Source: a virus (taxonomy: Duplodnaviria > Caudoviricetes). From it: a stretch of DNA of 64,000 bases. Within the stretch, counting starts at the first letter, position 1; each line of letters starts with the position of its first letter. The DNA lies in the IMG/VR virus record IMGVR_UViG_3300027969_000041. One strand, written 5' to 3'. The notes under the pieces are model-generated. The model worked only from the letters and a program-made list of their open reading frames with translations. It was not told the origin of the DNA and ran no database searches. The position numbers and the translations under genes are program-made. Of the stretch, positions 56,271-64,000 are shown one piece after another.

Positions 56271-56541
56271 TATTTGGAACCCTTGTAAAGATGTGCCAGA
56301 CACCTGATTCGTGATGTACAGTATTAAGGAATCTAAATACTCCACCTGTCATGTCAAGTGGTTCGCCAGTTCCGAAGATTCTAAATTCACGATCTTCGAC
56401 TTCTTCTTCCTCAGAGTTTACAGCCGCCCAGATGCAAAGTAGATTTCCTTGAAACTCTGCGGTAAACGGATCTGCCCCAACAGGCATTTTTATAAGTTGT
56501 GTACCTGTTACATCTAACTGATACTTGTAAATTGTTTTCAT
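56263..56541 (-). CDS. Small conserved phage protein
   Basis: Start MKTIYKY at 56541; IWA.V...REFRIFGTG motif. Confidence 0.55.
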   Translation of the reverse strand: MKTIYKYQLDVTGTQLIKMPVGADPFTAEFQGNLLCIWAAVNSEEEEVEDREFRIFGTGEPLDMTGGVFRFLNTVHHESGVWHIFTRVPNNG

Positions 56542-56792
56542 TATACTACTTCCTCTAAAATTCCTAATATTTCTGCTAGGATTAACAACCAACCTACTAG
56601 AGATAATCCTGCCATAATAAGTGCAGCCCCTGCGGAAATTCGTACAGCACTTTTTACAACACTGACATAAAAATGCCCTTTGCTTGTGTCCTTAGGCTGG
56701 ATGTTTAGCATAGGAGAATGATGCGGGCACCGTCCTTGATTGTAATCACAGTCTGGACTATATTCTTTATTGCAAGTCTTACATTTATCCAC
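56541..56792 (-). CDS. Small membrane protein with a Cys-rich N-terminus
   Basis: GTG start at 56792 overlapping the upstream stop; CxxC..C..C followed by two hydrophobic segments. Confidence 0.5.
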   Translation of the reverse strand: MDKCKTCNKEYSPDCDYNQGRCPHHSPMLNIQPKDTSKGHFYVSVVKSAVRISAGAALIMAGLSLVGWLLILAEILGILEEVV

Positions 56793-57078
56793 GCAGACTC
56801 TCCAAGGTAATAATTTTACCCAAACATTCACCAAGGTCTTGATCATGCCCAACAATGTGTAGTTGTTGAAAACTGCGATCTTTCTGTCTATCGTACATAT
56901 GAGTTTGTACCACAGTACCACCGTTGGCTCTAAAAATGTTAAAACGTAATGGTTCACCGTCTAGTTCGTGACTGTCTCTTGCGCTAACAACTGAGTTCCC
57001 GCCAAGTTTAGAACTAACATATTCAACGTCGTCATCTCTGTTTAACCAGTCGCGAAGTCGTCGCTTAAGCCATCTCAT
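56785..57078 (-). CDS. Hypothetical protein
   Basis: 97-aa ORF with coupled overlaps. Confidence 0.55.
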   Translation of the reverse strand: MRWLKRRLRDWLNRDDDVEYVSSKLGGNSVVSARDSHELDGEPLRFNIFRANGGTVVQTHMYDRQKDRSFQQLHIVGHDQDLGECLGKIITLESLRG

Positions 57079-57278
57079 TCAGATAACCCTTTGGCTAGTG
57101 TACGCATTTCTTCATCAGTCATAAAGAAATTATAAGTTGATGAAAAATCAACATCACCTTCTTTATTTTTAGATTCTTGTATAAATTCAACAGAATTTAA
57201 ATTTGATGGGCTAAGGCATTTCCAAGACTTAACACGGAGTCGAAATGCTTGATCTTCTTTAACTACAAAGTTTTTCAT
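57075..57278 (-). CDS. Hypothetical protein
   Basis: 67-aa ORF with 4-nt overlaps on both sides. Confidence 0.5.
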   Translation of the reverse strand: MKNFVVKEDQAFRLRVKSWKCLSPSNLNSVEFIQESKNKEGDVDFSSTYNFFMTDEEMRTLAKGLSE

Positions 57279-57739
57279 TGTTTATTCCTTTCTGATTCTG
57301 CTACACGTTTACGGAGACTACTACTACTAAATGAATGATCTCGATGATTGAATACATGTACCATACCTCGACCGGCGCCTTCATTACGACCTGTGAAATT
57401 TGTATCTTCGTACTCAACTCCTAGTATACGCACATCTAGGGGTAATGTCAAGATTAAATCAATCAAATCTTGCTCAGTGCTATAGACTACAATTTCGTCA
57501 ACATATCGGCAAGCACCTAGAGTAATTTGTCGTTCAACTATTGTCTGAACAGGTTTATTTTTAGTATCCGGACGATCAATAGTTGGATCAGTTTGTAATC
57601 CGCAAATTAAGTAATCACAATGATTCTTGGCTTCTGCTAGCATAGCAATATGCCCTGCGTGAAGTAGGTCAAACGTTGAACAGGTAAACCCTACTGTTAA
57701 TCCTTGCTCTTTGAGCTCTTTTATTTTATTAAATATCAT
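57275..57739 (-). CDS. Cytidylyltransferase (TagD/HldE-C-like)
   Basis: FTCSTFDLLHAGH, LICGLQTD, ER...L.ACRYVDE, SSSSLRKR. Confidence 0.85.
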   Translation of the reverse strand: MIFNKIKELKEQGLTVGFTCSTFDLLHAGHIAMLAEAKNHCDYLICGLQTDPTIDRPDTKNKPVQTIVERQITLGACRYVDEIVVYSTEQDLIDLILTLPLDVRILGVEYEDTNFTGRNEGAGRGMVHVFNHRDHSFSSSSLRKRVAESERNKQ

Positions 57740-57971
57740 TTTTGAGAATTTTTATAACTTTTTTCTTTTCTTGCTCTCGTAACCACTCATCCTCGCCTGA
57801 GAATGTAGGGCACCTTTTTAAAGCATCATCTAAAATCCATTTTATCCTATACAAATCTTGTTTGGTATAAAAGCTGGTAAATCCGTCATTACGAGGATCA
57901 CTGCACTCATAGACGGCACAATTAATTTGTTTAGCGATGTCTGCAACATCCCATGATTTTTTAAATCCCAT
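57729..57971 (-). CDS. Hypothetical protein (probably leaderless mRNA)
   Basis: 80-aa ORF; the ATG is 6 nt after a -10 TATAAT. Confidence 0.55.
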   Translation of the reverse strand: MGFKKSWDVADIAKQINCAVYECSDPRNDGFTSFYTKQDLYRIKWILDDALKRCPTFSGEDEWLREQEKKKVIKILKNDI

Positions 57972-57977
57972 GTACTA

Positions 57978-58014
57978 ATTATAGAGACAAAACAAGGGTC
58001 TGTCAAGACCCTTG
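57978..58014 (-). promoter_or_regulatory. Consensus sigma70 promoter whose -35 forms the loop of an 8-bp hairpin (probable groES terminator)
   Basis: CAAGGGTC-TTGACA-GACCCTTG-TTTT; TTGACA-N17-TATAAT-N6-ATG. Confidence 0.75.
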
Positions 58015-58029
58015 ATTGCCAAGTGTTAA

Positions 58030-58410
58030 TTAACCTGGGATGTTAAAGTTAAAGTTTGATCCAGCCCCAACAGCGTGGTTACGCTGTGCGCCACTTGGTT
58101 TTTCATCTGCTGACATTAGAATAGCATTTAGATCGGCAAGTCGGATAACAATGTCGTTGCCTTCCGGTGTTCGATAGTTAATACCGCGACTCCAACGACC
58201 GTGTTCAAGTAAGATCCATTCTCCTACTTTTACATCTATTTGGTTTGGCCCAATTGCATATACCTTGGCCCAGCGTGGATGAATGCCTGTGCTTTTACCG
58301 TCATCGGAGGGTAGAAAAATTCCACCTACTGATTTTTCTATTCCAAATTCCATCTCATGAACTAAAACTTTGTTGTCCAATGGACGTAATGTGCCTTCTA
58401 CTGGTTTCAT
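58030..58410 (-). CDS. groES: Co-chaperonin GroES
   Basis: LRPLDNKVLV, mobile loop KSVGGIFLP, VYAIGP, VKVGE.IL, DLNAIL. Confidence 0.85.
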   Translation of the reverse strand: MKPVEGTLRPLDNKVLVHEMEFGIEKSVGGIFLPSDDGKSTGIHPRWAKVYAIGPNQIDVKVGEWILLEHGRWSRGINYRTPEGNDIVIRLADLNAILMSADEKPSGAQRNHAVGAGSNFNFNIPG

Positions 58411-58710
58411 TTATTCCTCGGATTTCTTATTAGATTTTGTAGTAACCGCTGGAGCAGGTGTTACTACAACAGATTCTGGAACAATTATTTCTTCTTCAAC
58501 TACTTCAGTGACTACCATGGGCTTTGCATTTGGATTATCTTCATAATAATCTGCTACAATATCTTCACGCCTGCGAATAATTTTACCACCGGTGCCTAAT
58601 TCGTCACCACGTGCGTTGACATTCATGTTGCCGATTGCCGGCATCAATTCGTTTTGTCGCATTAGTTTTTCCATATCTACGACTTTGCCCTGCATTGTTT
58701 TGTATGACAT
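58411..58710 (-). CDS. Hypothetical protein
   Basis: 99 aa; AIGNMNVNARGDELG.GG.I motif; SD GGAG. Confidence 0.6.
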   Translation of the reverse strand: MSYKTMQGKVVDMEKLMRQNELMPAIGNMNVNARGDELGTGGKIIRRREDIVADYYEDNPNAKPMVVTEVVEEEIIVPESVVVTPAPAVTTKSNKKSEE

Positions 58711-58719
58711 TATAGTCTC

Positions 58720-59241
58720 CTATTTCAAAAATTCTTTTATATCTAACTCATATTTAATTGAGTCAACTTTATGTACGCCTAACAAGTATAGCACATAACT
58801 GGCTACGCTACTACCTCGACCTACACCCCATACAATGTTGTTTTCTCGCATCGTATCTACCAAGTATTTAAGGTAATACAATAGGTCCATCATATTATGT
58901 TGGATAAACAATTCTAGTTCTTCACTTACTCTATTAGTCTGTTCTTTAGTACTGCACATCCCATAAAGCATTTCTACTAAATTTGGACAATAGTCGTTGG
59001 GCATAAACCAATTAGATTGATTATATTTGTCAAACGATTTTAGATCTACATTTGGATCTATTTCTAGTTTTTCAAGGTCGGGCAGTCTGTCTGCATTAAG
59101 TCTGCGAGCATTATTATATTGCTCAATGACACTGTCACTGTCAATATACACATTTTCTAATGTGTCAATCTTTTGATTGTATAGTGCGGAAAATGCTTCT
59201 TGCTCAGTTACTTCTACTTGACTGTATTGGTTAAGTTTCAC
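58720..59241 (-). CDS. Miniature DNA polymerase III alpha (DnaE)-like fragment
   Basis: RVSEELELF...WGVGRGSSVASYVLYLLGVHKVDSIKYELDIKEFLK aligns with DnaE RLETEL...GPGRGSGAGSLVAY.L.ITDLDP...LLFERFL, then stops before the catalytic DxD. Confidence 0.75.
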   Translation of the reverse strand: MKLNQYSQVEVTEQEAFSALYNQKIDTLENVYIDSDSVIEQYNNARRLNADRLPDLEKLEIDPNVDLKSFDKYNQSNWFMPNDYCPNLVEMLYGMCSTKEQTNRVSEELELFIQHNMMDLLYYLKYLVDTMRENNIVWGVGRGSSVASYVLYLLGVHKVDSIKYELDIKEFLK

Positions 59242-59782
59242 TTAGACCACCTTTGATAATTCTCGGTTCGAAACGAGGACCATCGCTGATGTTCAAATCT
59301 TCCCATGACGTTGTGTCGCCTGAGCCTGTATTCACTGAATCTGTATTCCACCAATGATCGCCTTGTAAATCTAATCCGGATTCTGCCGGATGTGATATAC
59401 TATACTGTACACGATCGCCTACTAGACTGTCAATAGTAAAGTGACTAATATGGAAATATTTTTCTGTAATTTTTAAGAATTTAGCAAACAATACACACCC
59501 AACATAGAAGTCATACGGATCATCTGGTAAATGTACTATGTTTGTTTCCATTTCTTTTAGAGATGGTAATAGCGGATGTTTGGAACATATAACAATACTA
59601 TTTTCCAAATACTCGTCTACAAACTGTCTTATTTTTCTAAATCCCAACCCTATATTATTGATCTGTCCAATTGGTTCAACAGCAATAGTAATGTTGTAAA
59701 GATTTGAAAGGATTAAGTTATCGGTTACTAAGGTACAGCTAAATTCTGTGGGCCATACTACTTGATCTGCGTCAGTCAACAT
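59231..59782 (-). CDS. Hypothetical protein, possibly a degenerate T-fold (QueD-like)
   Basis: The pattern GFRKIRQFVDEYLENSIVI...DDPYDFYVG.VLF.K loosely parallels QueD, but the His triad is absent. Confidence 0.4.
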   Translation of the reverse strand: MLTDADQVVWPTEFSCTLVTDNLILSNLYNITIAVEPIGQINNIGLGFRKIRQFVDEYLENSIVICSKHPLLPSLKEMETNIVHLPDDPYDFYVGCVLFAKFLKITEKYFHISHFTIDSLVGDRVQYSISHPAESGLDLQGDHWWNTDSVNTGSGDTTSWEDLNISDGPRFEPRIIKGGLSET

Positions 59783-60014
59783 TAATTAAATCGTCCAAGC
59801 CTTTGTTTTGTTTTTTCAACATCGTTTGTGAATTTTCCATCTGTCTACGATGTTGTTCGGTTCTATATGTATCTAATGCTACTACAATTTGTTGTGCAGC
59901 CCCACCTTGACCCATGCGAGCAGCAATATGATATTTGCGACTAAGATCTAGAATTTTATTTTCTAGATCTTGATCTTTTAATTTGCTAGGGTCGTCTAAT
60001 AACGGATGATACAT
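59772..60014 (-). CDS. Hypothetical helical protein
   Basis: 80-aa ORF (MYHPLLDD...). Confidence 0.55.
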   Translation of the reverse strand: MYHPLLDDPSKLKDQDLENKILDLSRKYHIAARMGQGGAAQQIVVALDTYRTEQHRRQMENSQTMLKKQNKGLDDLINVD

Positions 60015-60022
60015 AAGTTAAT

Positions 60023-61633
60023 TTATATATAAGTGAATATGCTAGTTCCAGTTCCTGATCCTGCGGCATTGTATACTACAACATTTACTGTGCCTGAGCT
60101 TGCGGCAGCAGTTGTTCCTTGAATACTTGTGATATTAAGTACAGCAAAACCTGTTACAGGTACACCGCCAATTTGTGCCGCAGTAGCACCTGTAAAGTTT
60201 GAGCCGGAGATAATAACGGTAGTTCCGCCAGTGCGCGGCCCTGATGATGGACTAATAGTTATTCCGCTAGGTGGTAAACTTGTTGCCGCAACCTGGAATG
60301 ATAGACTTCCTGTCTTTGTTAATACTCCGCCATCGCTACTATCTGTAATAGAATAAGGGATTATAACACTTCCTGATGCAGTTGGCGTTCCTGATACAAT
60401 TAATGTGTTGCCTGCATTGATAGATATTCCACTAACTGATTGATATCCGCTGACATTCCAACTGTAAGGAGAAGTTCCGCCGGATACTGTAATAGTTTGA
60501 TTGTATGATGATCCAACTACTCCGTCAGGCAATGATGTAGGATTAATTGACAATACGCTAGTATTCCCTGTTCCGCTAGATAGAACGTTTAATGTATACG
60601 ATGAAGTTGAGCTATGCCCTGCTGTATCTGTTGCAGTAATAGTAAACGGTAAGGTTCCGACAGTTGACGGATTATAGCTTAAGAATCCAGTTGAGCTATT
60701 TAAGCTAGAACCTATACCAGAAGATGACCAAGAGTATACACCGTTACCACCACTCGCAGAAAATTGCAGGGTATATACTACTCCGACAACAGCATTGCCG
60801 ATAGTAGAAGGGCTAATAGTAATAGAGTTTCCTCCAACTGTGCCTGTGCCAGTTGGAGAAATTGTTAATTTTAAGATTTGTTGAAGATTAAAACTAAATG
60901 CATAGTATCCTTCTCCTCTTTCAGGATCATCATTTTGTCGGAATTCGGATGTATAAAACCCGTCCTTTATTGTTAACGGAGTATAAGAATGAGTAAGATT
61001 TCTACCAGACCATGCTTTTTCAACTACTCTAGCTCTAGGCCAATTAGTTATTACTTCAGATTTTACAGGAGACATTGTAACCGTTGCACCAATGTCTCCG
61101 TGATAACCTTGATATTTTACTTTATACAATGCATTAACACCATCTGCCGCAACGGAGACTCCTTCGTTGGTACTGGCGTTAGTTACTCCAACTCCAGTTG
61201 GAGTAGCAGCAGAATAATCTACAACTAACCAACCGTCAATCAATGAGCCGACTGTAATAACAGTTGTATCAAATGCTGGCAAGGTATAGCTAGTCGAAGT
61301 GTTTACATATACAGAACTTGTACTTCCGTATTCGCCAATTTTAACAGCGATTTCTTGACCTGGTGTTACATTTGGAATACCAAAAGTATTCATTCCAGCA
61401 GGAGTGGGATATGTTAATTGTAGATTATAAACACCGTCTGGTACCGTATAGGTAAAATCTCCAGCGTAGTTATATTCTTGATCTAAATTTGAACCAGCAC
61501 TTTGTGTAAGATGCCATTGACCGTTATGATGCACGTATGCATTTTTGACCAAATGCCATTGGCCAGCTTGGTGGGCATAGGTATTTTTAGTTAGGTGCCA
61601 TTGGCCAGCTTGGTGAACATATGAGTTTTGCAT
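60023..61633 (-). CDS. Tail fibre/adhesin with N-terminal triple repeat, Ig-like domains and a C-terminal IPT/TIG domain
   Basis: Start MQNSY at 61633 (TAATG overlap); 3 x 14-aa YxHxxGQWHL repeat; two SISP..L..G.VG..Y Ig-like units; ISPSSGPRTGGTTVIISGSNF. Confidence 0.65.
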   Translation of the reverse strand: MQNSYVHQAGQWHLTKNTYAHQAGQWHLVKNAYVHHNGQWHLTQSAGSNLDQEYNYAGDFTYTVPDGVYNLQLTYPTPAGMNTFGIPNVTPGQEIAVKIGEYGSTSSVYVNTSTSYTLPAFDTTVITVGSLIDGWLVVDYSAATPTGVGVTNASTNEGVSVAADGVNALYKVKYQGYHGDIGATVTMSPVKSEVITNWPRARVVEKAWSGRNLTHSYTPLTIKDGFYTSEFRQNDDPERGEGYYAFSFNLQQILKLTISPTGTGTVGGNSITISPSTIGNAVVGVVYTLQFSASGGNGVYSWSSSGIGSSLNSSTGFLSYNPSTVGTLPFTITATDTAGHSSTSSYTLNVLSSGTGNTSVLSINPTSLPDGVVGSSYNQTITVSGGTSPYSWNVSGYQSVSGISINAGNTLIVSGTPTASGSVIIPYSITDSSDGGVLTKTGSLSFQVAATSLPPSGITISPSSGPRTGGTTVIISGSNFTGATAAQIGGVPVTGFAVLNITSIQGTTAAASSGTVNVVVYNAAGSGTGTSIFTYI

Positions 61634-63048
61634 TAGATAATTTGATACCAAATGTCGCCATCAACACCACCTGTCGGTGCGCTGTATGAAACTGTTCTTG
61701 CTCCAAATCCGTTTGTACCTAAAACCATTGAGGATGCAGTGGTAGCATAGACTGCATTAACAGCATAGGTTGCAGTAGTAGCATAACTTGCAGTTGTGGC
61801 ACGAGCAACAAACGTTGTACTGCTATTGACAAAATTATAAACAAATTCTGCTGTGGCAACCACTGTAGAAGTTGTACCAACTGGTTGTGTAGTTGCAGTG
61901 CTTGAACCTAGAGCACGTGGGTTACCGGAGTTGTCACCACTGATCTGTATTTTATTAATTAGTCCGGCATCTGCATCTGCAAAGATAATAAATGCAGTAC
62001 TAGTATTTGCATAAACTTGACCTTTAAGTTCTCGGGTAGAAGATGTTGTAGCTGTTGGTAATGTACTTGTAAGATTAAGAGCTAGATTTTGTCCTGTGAA
62101 TGTTGGATTAACAAAAGTAATTTGATCACCAAGTGTCATAGAACTATAAGGCAATGCTGCTGTAGGGGTAACATAGTTAGTTACTGTGTTCAATGCTCCT
62201 ACTACATATTTTGTAGATGTAGAACCTATGTAAATTAATGCACCGTTAGAAATCCCAGTAGTTGAATTAACTTTGAATGCATAAGAACCAAAGTCTGGAC
62301 TTTGATTATATGTCTTAACAACTACGTTAGGAACTAACGCAATTGACCCTAATTGTCCGTTTGATGATACTATAGTTTCTGCAGTTGTACTTGTGCTATA
62401 AGTATTAGCACCTATCTTATTCCAATTAGTTGATGTCGATGCATTGTATCCGACTTGTTTAACAAAGTATCGTGGATCTCTGTTTGAAACGGATTCTTCA
62501 CTCCATAGTTCAAACATATTGGTACCTGGATACAGGTTATATATCACACTAGAACCAGTTGACGTAGAGTCTAATGATCTAAACTTGTCATTGGAAAAAT
62601 TAATACTAGTATCAATAACATCATCGGGCGTTACAACTAACGTTAATCTTCCTGAATTTCCGGATGATGCTCCCGGCCAGTTAATTACATTTAGATTATG
62701 TAAGCCGGCAGTAATAGACATTGCCTGATATCCACCTGCGGCATAGTCAATGATGATATCTTCTGTTTGTAGTGGCAATTCGACTAAGGTAACAGAGCTG
62801 TTTTCTAAGTTTACATCTTTAATCGTGTTACCATAAAAGGATGTAGTTTCGTTGGTCTTAATTGCATTAATATTAAGATCTTTAACTCCTTCATTTACTG
62901 CTTTAATTGCTCCGTGAATATTTGCCCATTGATCTCTAAAGCCCTGTGAATCATTGTCTACACCGGGTATAGGGAATGTGCTTAGATCATTGATCTTAGC
63001 CAAATAATTTGTAGCTGAACTAATAGCTGTTGTTGCGTTGGTTGTCAC
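61633..63048 (-). CDS. Virion fibre/structural protein
   Basis: N-terminal FPIPGVDNDSQGFRD + coiled coil, Thr-rich stalk, C-terminal SAPTGGVDGDIWYQ; TAAATA at 63071-63076. Confidence 0.6.
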   Translation of the reverse strand: MTTNATTAISSATNYLAKINDLSTFPIPGVDNDSQGFRDQWANIHGAIKAVNEGVKDLNINAIKTNETTSFYGNTIKDVNLENSSVTLVELPLQTEDIIIDYAAGGYQAMSITAGLHNLNVINWPGASSGNSGRLTLVVTPDDVIDTSINFSNDKFRSLDSTSTGSSVIYNLYPGTNMFELWSEESVSNRDPRYFVKQVGYNASTSTNWNKIGANTYSTSTTAETIVSSNGQLGSIALVPNVVVKTYNQSPDFGSYAFKVNSTTGISNGALIYIGSTSTKYVVGALNTVTNYVTPTAALPYSSMTLGDQITFVNPTFTGQNLALNLTSTLPTATTSSTRELKGQVYANTSTAFIIFADADAGLINKIQISGDNSGNPRALGSSTATTQPVGTTSTVVATAEFVYNFVNSSTTFVARATTASYATTATYAVNAVYATTASSMVLGTNGFGARTVSYSAPTGGVDGDIWYQII

Positions 63049-63088
63049 TGTATAACTCCGTTCTCCCTAATATTTAACCTGGTAAACA

Positions 63089-64000
63089 TTAAGGTAATTT
63101 TTTCTTAATTTCGTCTATTTCTGTTTTAAGCTCTTTAATTGCTTCAATTACTAGACCGATAATGTTACCGTAGGCAACAGAATATAATCCGTTTTCGTTT
63201 AATCTCACAGCTTCAGGTAGAACAGATAATAATTCCTGCGCAATAACACCTGTACTGTCCACGCCGTCGTCGATACGAGTAAACAATACACCTCGTAATT
63301 TTAGAAGTTTATCTAGGGCATTTTCAATAGTTCTAATGTTAGTCTTTGTTCGTTCGTCTGATGTTATAGTAACGTCTACAAACTGTGGTGAACCGCCCGT
63401 TGTCAAGTTTTGTGTCATTGACAGGCTAAGAGTACTACCAGAAAAACTGCCCTGAACACCGTTATTACCGCTAACAGTTATGCTAGCAATACCGCCCGGA
63501 CCTGATGGACCGCTTGGACCACTTACATTACTAGGTTGATTACTGGCTGCATTACTTGCAGGACCTGATGGACCGCTCGGCCCTTGACTTCCTTGATTCC
63601 CTTGGTTACCTTGATTCCCTTGGTTACCTTGATTTCCTTGAGGACCTGATGGTCCACTTGGACCTTGATTTCCTTGAGGACCTGATGGTCCACTTGGACC
63701 TTGACTGCCTGGATTACCTTGATTACCTGGATTACCTTGATTACCTGGATTACCGGCTGCATTACTTCCAGGCCCTGATGGTCCTTGTGCGCCACTCGGA
63801 CCTTGAGGTCCACTTGGTCCTGATGTATTGCTACCTGGACCACTTGGACCTTGACTTCCTTGGTTGCCGTTTGGACCACTTGGACCACTTGGTCCTTGTG
63901 CTCCTGCACCCGAAGGTCCGCTCGGACCAGATACAGTACTTGGAGTGTTATTTGTAGGTCCTGATGGTCCTGATGGACCACTTGGACCAGCTGCATTACT
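63089..64000 (-). CDS. Collagen-like (Gly-X-Y) tail fibre with C-terminal peptidase S74 chaperone domain, 5'-truncated
   Basis: The minus frame is open from 64000 (SNAAGPSGPSGPS...GNQGNQG...) into MTQNL...SDERTKTNI...GVIAQEL...VAYGNIIGLVIEAIKEL. The ORF track shows only the last 109 aa. Confidence 0.85.
   Translation of the reverse strand, partial: SNAAGPSGPSGPSGPTNNTPSTVSGPSGPSGAGAQGPSGPSGPNGNQGSQGPSGPGSNTSGPSGPQGPSGAQGPSGPGSNAAGNPGNQGNPGNQGNPGSQGPSGPSGPQGNQGPSGPSGPQGNQGNQGNQGNQGNQGSQGPSGPSGPASNAASNQPSNVSGPSGPSGPGGIASITVSGNNGVQGSFSGSTLSLSMTQNLTTGGSPQFVDVTITSDERTKTNIRTIENALDKLLKLRGVLFTRIDDGVDSTGVIAQELLSVLPEAVRLNENGLYSVAYGNIIGLVIEAIKELKTEIDEIKKKLP
63631..63702. repeat. Perfect 36-bp tandem duplication in the collagen region
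   Basis: GATTTCCTTGAGGACCTGATGGTCCACTTGGACCTT x2, flanked by 9/18-bp GNQ/GNP repeats. Confidence 0.9.

Noticed and set aside
15844-61228. Numerous short plus-strand and alternate-frame ORFs overlapping the minus-strand operons
   Set aside because: They overlap well-supported genes and lack motifs or SD sites; phoH is the only supported plus-strand gene after 15.2 kb.
25217-61651. Longest-ORF starts given by the track for GT (26404), 27680, polB (34720), 35964, 37151, 37728, dps (40699), phoH (54433), clamp loader (56345), 56592, 56957 and 61651
   Set aside because: Each extension overlaps an upstream gene or promoter; downstream starts have SD sites, stop/start coupling or better family N-termini.
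63523-63996. ORF-track entries 63523-63996 (-) and 63556-63957 (+)
   Set aside because: Shadow frames of the collagen repeat (VQVVQ / LDYLD periodicity); the Gly-X-Y frame is the one continuous with the S74 domain.
1-64000. Stop-codon reassignment (seen in some jumbo phages)
   Set aside because: Conserved enzymes are full length in the standard code, and TGA/TAG act as stops in ATGA and TAG/ATG overlaps.
1-64000. Giant eukaryotic virus or bacterial chromosome origin (PolB, RFC-like, DnaJ, ClpA, SOD, collagen)
   Set aside because: SD-led overlapping operons, sigma70 and T4-late promoters, spanins, GH19 endolysin and tail-fibre domains indicate a tailed bacteriophage; no ribosomal or core cellular operons are present.
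1-64000. CRISPR arrays, tRNA/rRNA genes, integrase, transposase, introns
   Set aside because: Intergenic gaps are under about 150 bp and hold only promoters, terminators and short hairpins; the repeats found are coding and lack spacer structure.

Overview
This is a 64 kb, AT-rich, very densely coded fragment of a large T4-like (jumbo-type) tailed phage with a Gram-negative host. The evidence is Shine-Dalgarno sites, consensus sigma70 promoters, TATAAATA late promoters, and a GH19 endolysin with a spanin pair. No tRNA, rRNA, CRISPR array, integrase or transposase was seen. Layout: (1-15.2 kb, +) a 5'-truncated giant virion protein (>2934 aa) and four paralogous tail-fibre genes; (15.2-23.6 kb, -) thyA, DHFR, a methyltransferase, a MoxR AAA+ / VWA-metallopeptidase pair and RNase H; (23.6-31.2 kb, -) a 7-deazaguanine DNA-modification locus (QueE, MazG-like, cupin, GT4 glycosyltransferase, QueD-like/DpdL-type protein, 2OG-Fe oxygenase, TGT-like DpdA); (31.2-35.9 kb) sliding clamp and family B DNA polymerase; (36-45.5 kb) a cassette of probable capsid-packaged, protease-processed internal proteins; (46-54 kb) dnaJ-def-clpA and an extended lysis module; (54.5-60 kb) phoH, clamp loader, cytidylyltransferase, GroES and a mini DnaE-like fragment; (60-64 kb) tail-fibre genes, ending in a collagen-repeat fibre that the ORF track missed. 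Best leads: (a) DpdA and the DNA polymerase share the C-terminal motif NxFxxLFxFE, suggesting the base-swapping enzyme docks on the sliding clamp; (b) a run of genes with T4 capsid-targeting-like N-termini and [ILV]xE junctions carries ART-like, deaminase, SOD and triple-nucleotidyltransferase payloads, with a 16-bp repeat marking module boundaries; (c) twin hairpins with the same GCCRCAAA loop abut the polymerase RBS; (d) sigma70 promoters sit inside terminator-like hairpins, and two predicted mRNAs are leaderless. All family assignments come from motifs read by eye; no database search was run.
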